Shown: one piece after another, positions 61,387 to 64,000 of the stretch
How positions within the stretch are numbered: the stretch's first letter is position 1
Layout: each line of letters opens with the position of its first letter
Source of the DNA: Proteromonas lacertae
Taxonomy: Eukaryota
Assembly: GCA_002245135.1 (NCBI GenBank)
Contig: NGBS01000303.1
Location: forward strand, 62,001 to 126,000
Reading direction: 5' to 3'
Length of the DNA: 64,000 bases
Notes under the pieces: generated by a model
Database searches by the model: none
Told to the model about the DNA's origin: nothing
Seen by the model: the letters and a program-made list of their open reading frames with translations, nothing else
Program-made: the position numbers and the translations under genes

Positions 61387-63418
61387 ATGAACAAGGATAA
61401 TGAAAAGTATTTAAGTAATAGATTATAATTCCATAGCATCGTCATTGGCTCTCGTCAATCATCAGTAAATATTTGTATATTATTTAAATATAGCTAATTG
61501 AACTTAATTTTCCCTCTCAAACATCTCTAAATAGCGCAGATATATTACCAAGTCCAGAGAGTGTGAATTCTTCAGATAAAACACCTACAGAACAGATTAT
61601 CAGTCATGATAAAACGAAATACTGCATAACTCCCACTGTAAGTAAATTTATAACATCAAAGCTTTCAACACAACCAGAATATCACATCAATAGATCTCAT
61701 TCATTACCCAATTTAAGTTTAGAATTTACTGAAAAGAAGAAAGAAAAAAGACATCAAAGAAGCCCATCTGTGACAAATGCTTACCTTGCTGAATCAGTAG
61801 GTGCTTCATTGAACTTTACATCACAATTCTTCAGGAAAATATACTTAACCTCCTCAGATTATAGAGCAATGAAACCAATTGGCTCGCCGAAGGTAAGGCA
61901 TTCACATATACCCTATACAATATCTGAAATATCTGAATCATTATTATCTAGAGCATGTGATATGATAGATTGTGATGGATATTTGGTATTTATGACTGAT
62001 ACAGATGGAATCTATTTGAGATGTAATAGTGTATGGAGAAAAACTGATTCTACACTGAAACAGCCAAATTTTATACTTAGACAGTATATAATATATTGTT
62101 ATGTTTTATAGAGATGCTTTATCTCATTGGTATCCAAATTACAAGAACAGTATTGACTTAATAATGAATCAGAATCAAACCCTTGATTTTATAGATTTAA
62201 ACGTAAATGACAAATTTATACGAAAATTAAAAGAAACAATGAATTGTCCAATTCATTCATTATTAATGACACCCTTTATTGATCCTCAATTTGCTAATAA
62301 TAGAAATGAGAATATTATAGGATTGATAATATTTATTAATAAGATTAAAAATACAGAATGTTTATTACCAAATACTCCAAGACTCAACAGATTAGAAAGT
62401 TGCAATGTCACTTTACCACGATTTACCATAACGGATCTATTTTTATGTAAATCTTTTGGAATATTTGTGTCATTGTCATTGACTGATAACAGCAACAACA
62501 ACAACAACAACAATAATAATAACACTCCTTTATCTCGTTCTAATTCTATTACTCCTTTTGGTTTAAGGAATAACAATGTTAGAGATAAGATATTAGTAAC
62601 ATTAGCATCAGTAGCAGAATTATTACATACTCCAAGTGATGAATCAACAATGAGTCATCAATTAATAAATACAGCAAATAGTTTGGTACAAAGCTTGAAA
62701 TTGACATTAAATCAAAGTATGATATTAATTTATTATATTATTTTTTATTAGATAATCAAAAGAATTTCACTTCTAATAATTCTAGCAATAATAGTAATGG
62801 AACAACGAGAGAGTTTTTATCTTCACCAGGTAGTACATCCTCTTCATTTGGTGATATTGAACTATACAAAGCCTTCAGTCAATTATGTGAAAAAATTGTA
62901 TTAATAGAACATTCCAAACAATCAGTATTACCACCAATTAGTGAGAATAATGGAAATACAGATCAATTCTTAATAAGCAAATTAACATGTTCAATTATTC
63001 AACCAGAAGATGGGTTGAATTATCCAATGAAATTAGAAACTGTTAGTAGGCATGAAGTATTGAGTGAAAGGAGTAGTAAAATAGAATTTAAATTAGAAGG
63101 TGAAAATTCACCACTTATTTTATTTCATAGTATTATTTGTCCAGTTATTATCAAATTACAATATGGAGAGAAAGATGTAATGATTGGAAGAGTGATTTTG
63201 AATCCCACTACTGAATCTTTACCAATTATTGATATACCAATTAGCACAGCAAAATTTTGTATAATATATATATTTATAATTTATAATTAGCAAGTTCATT
63301 CTTAAGTGGTACTGCCAAAATATGTCAAAAACACAAAGAAAAACAACAATGGTATTTATATAAAGTTATATGTACACTGCGTGGAACATTCGTGAATAGG
63401 TTTATTGAAAATGTTTAA
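61387..63418 (+). CDS. GAF-like domain protein (5 introns)
   Basis: ACDMIDCDGYLVFMTD...IHSLLMTPF...IIGLIIFINK...FTITDLFLCKSFG; exons join in frame. Confidence 0.55.
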
Positions 63419-63527
63419 ATTACATTTATTTATTCTATTAACTACATATTAATATTATTAAATATCTAGATTTTATATACTATCTGATTTTAATAAGTTA
63501 TGATATTGATTTTGTTGTGTTTTTTTG

Positions 63528-64000
63528 TTAAATTATAACACATACACCACTACTATTTATTTTCATCTTTAATAGGTTTAATTCCATTAAATAGTTGTGT
63601 TTCTCTTCGACATCTCCTTCAAATAGTGTGTATAGGAAAAAAATAACATCATCTTTTAGTTTTATTTTTAGAATCTCATTTTTATGGCATTTCAATACTC
63701 CTATAGAAAATAACAATATATCATCCCATCCATTATCTAGGAAATGAGTCCATAACTCTTTTATTTCATCAAATGTAATTAATCTTGATAATGTATACAG
63801 AGATATCCAATGTCTAACAAATACAAAGTGCACCAAGTCCATCTCATTCGATTCAAAATACTGTAGAAAGCTTCTATCTATTTGGTAAAAAAATCTTTTG
63901 AAATGTATTGCTAGTGTATCTAAATACGGCAAATCTTGTTGAAACAAACCATACATATTGTATTTGTGATTTGTTAATATTTTATGAAATAAAAGCATGG
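63528..64000 (-). CDS. Rab-GAP TBC domain protein, 3' part (truncated by window)
   Basis: MYGLFQQDLPYL...FVRHWISLYT...ELWTHFLDNGWDDILLFSIGVLK. Confidence 0.75.
   Translation of the reverse strand, partial: MLLFHKILTNHKYNMYGLFQQDLPYLDTLAIHFKRFFYQIDRSFLQYFESNEMDLVHFVFVRHWISLYTLSRLITFDEIKELWTHFLDNGWDDILLFSIGVLKCHKNEILKIKLKDDVIFFLYTLFEGDVEEKHNYLMELNLLKMKINSSGVCVII

Noticed and set aside
1..64000. Stop codons created by polyadenylation (Blastocystis trait)
   Set aside because: Every gene I could model has a genomic stop; other TGTTTGTT matches (about 17792, 37241, 60376) lie inside CDS.
1..64000. Alternative genetic code or stop-codon readthrough explaining fragmented ORFs
   Set aside because: Breaks are explained by short introns; long exons have no internal stops, and TAA, TAG and TGA all end genes.
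1..64000. CRISPR arrays, rRNA/tRNA genes, transposase or reverse transcriptase
   Set aside because: No regularly spaced repeats, RNA-gene signatures or mobile-element motifs seen by eye; small RNAs could be missed without covariance search.

Overview
AT-rich, gene-dense eukaryotic nuclear DNA with about 34 protein-coding genes. Intergenic gaps are mostly 30-450 bp, and about 85 inferred introns are mostly 24-45 nt GT-AG. Tiny introns, one TGTTTGTT element 5 nt after a stop codon, a Sig1/mastigoneme-like EGF gene and presequence-bearing organellar genes suggest a Blastocystis/Proteromonas-type stramenopile (inference). Recognisable genes: two 3R-MYBs, BAR-PH, LUC7, PFDN6, METTL13, a cyclophilin fusion, endosulfine, two STK32/YANK-like kinases, LipB, MCM8, RIX1-like, USP, a DEDDh exonuclease, eIF4G, Spt20, DIPP Nudix, PPR-like, GAF and TBC. 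The main hidden signal is five 49-63 nt minor-spliceosome (U12-type) introns, about 6% of inferred introns. All start ATATC(C/T)TTT but end AC, AG or apparently AA, and three have exactly 10 nt between the branch-point AA and the 3' end. Also notable: major 5' splice sites are GTAT(A/T) and nearly all lack +5G; a securin candidate; a twin-motif endosulfine; a membrane-anchored ADP-ribosyltransferase; a WD40-LysM protein. All gene models were spliced by eye and need RNA-seq. Four single-base frameshifts are probably assembly errors. No rRNA, tRNA, CRISPR or intact transposon was recognised.
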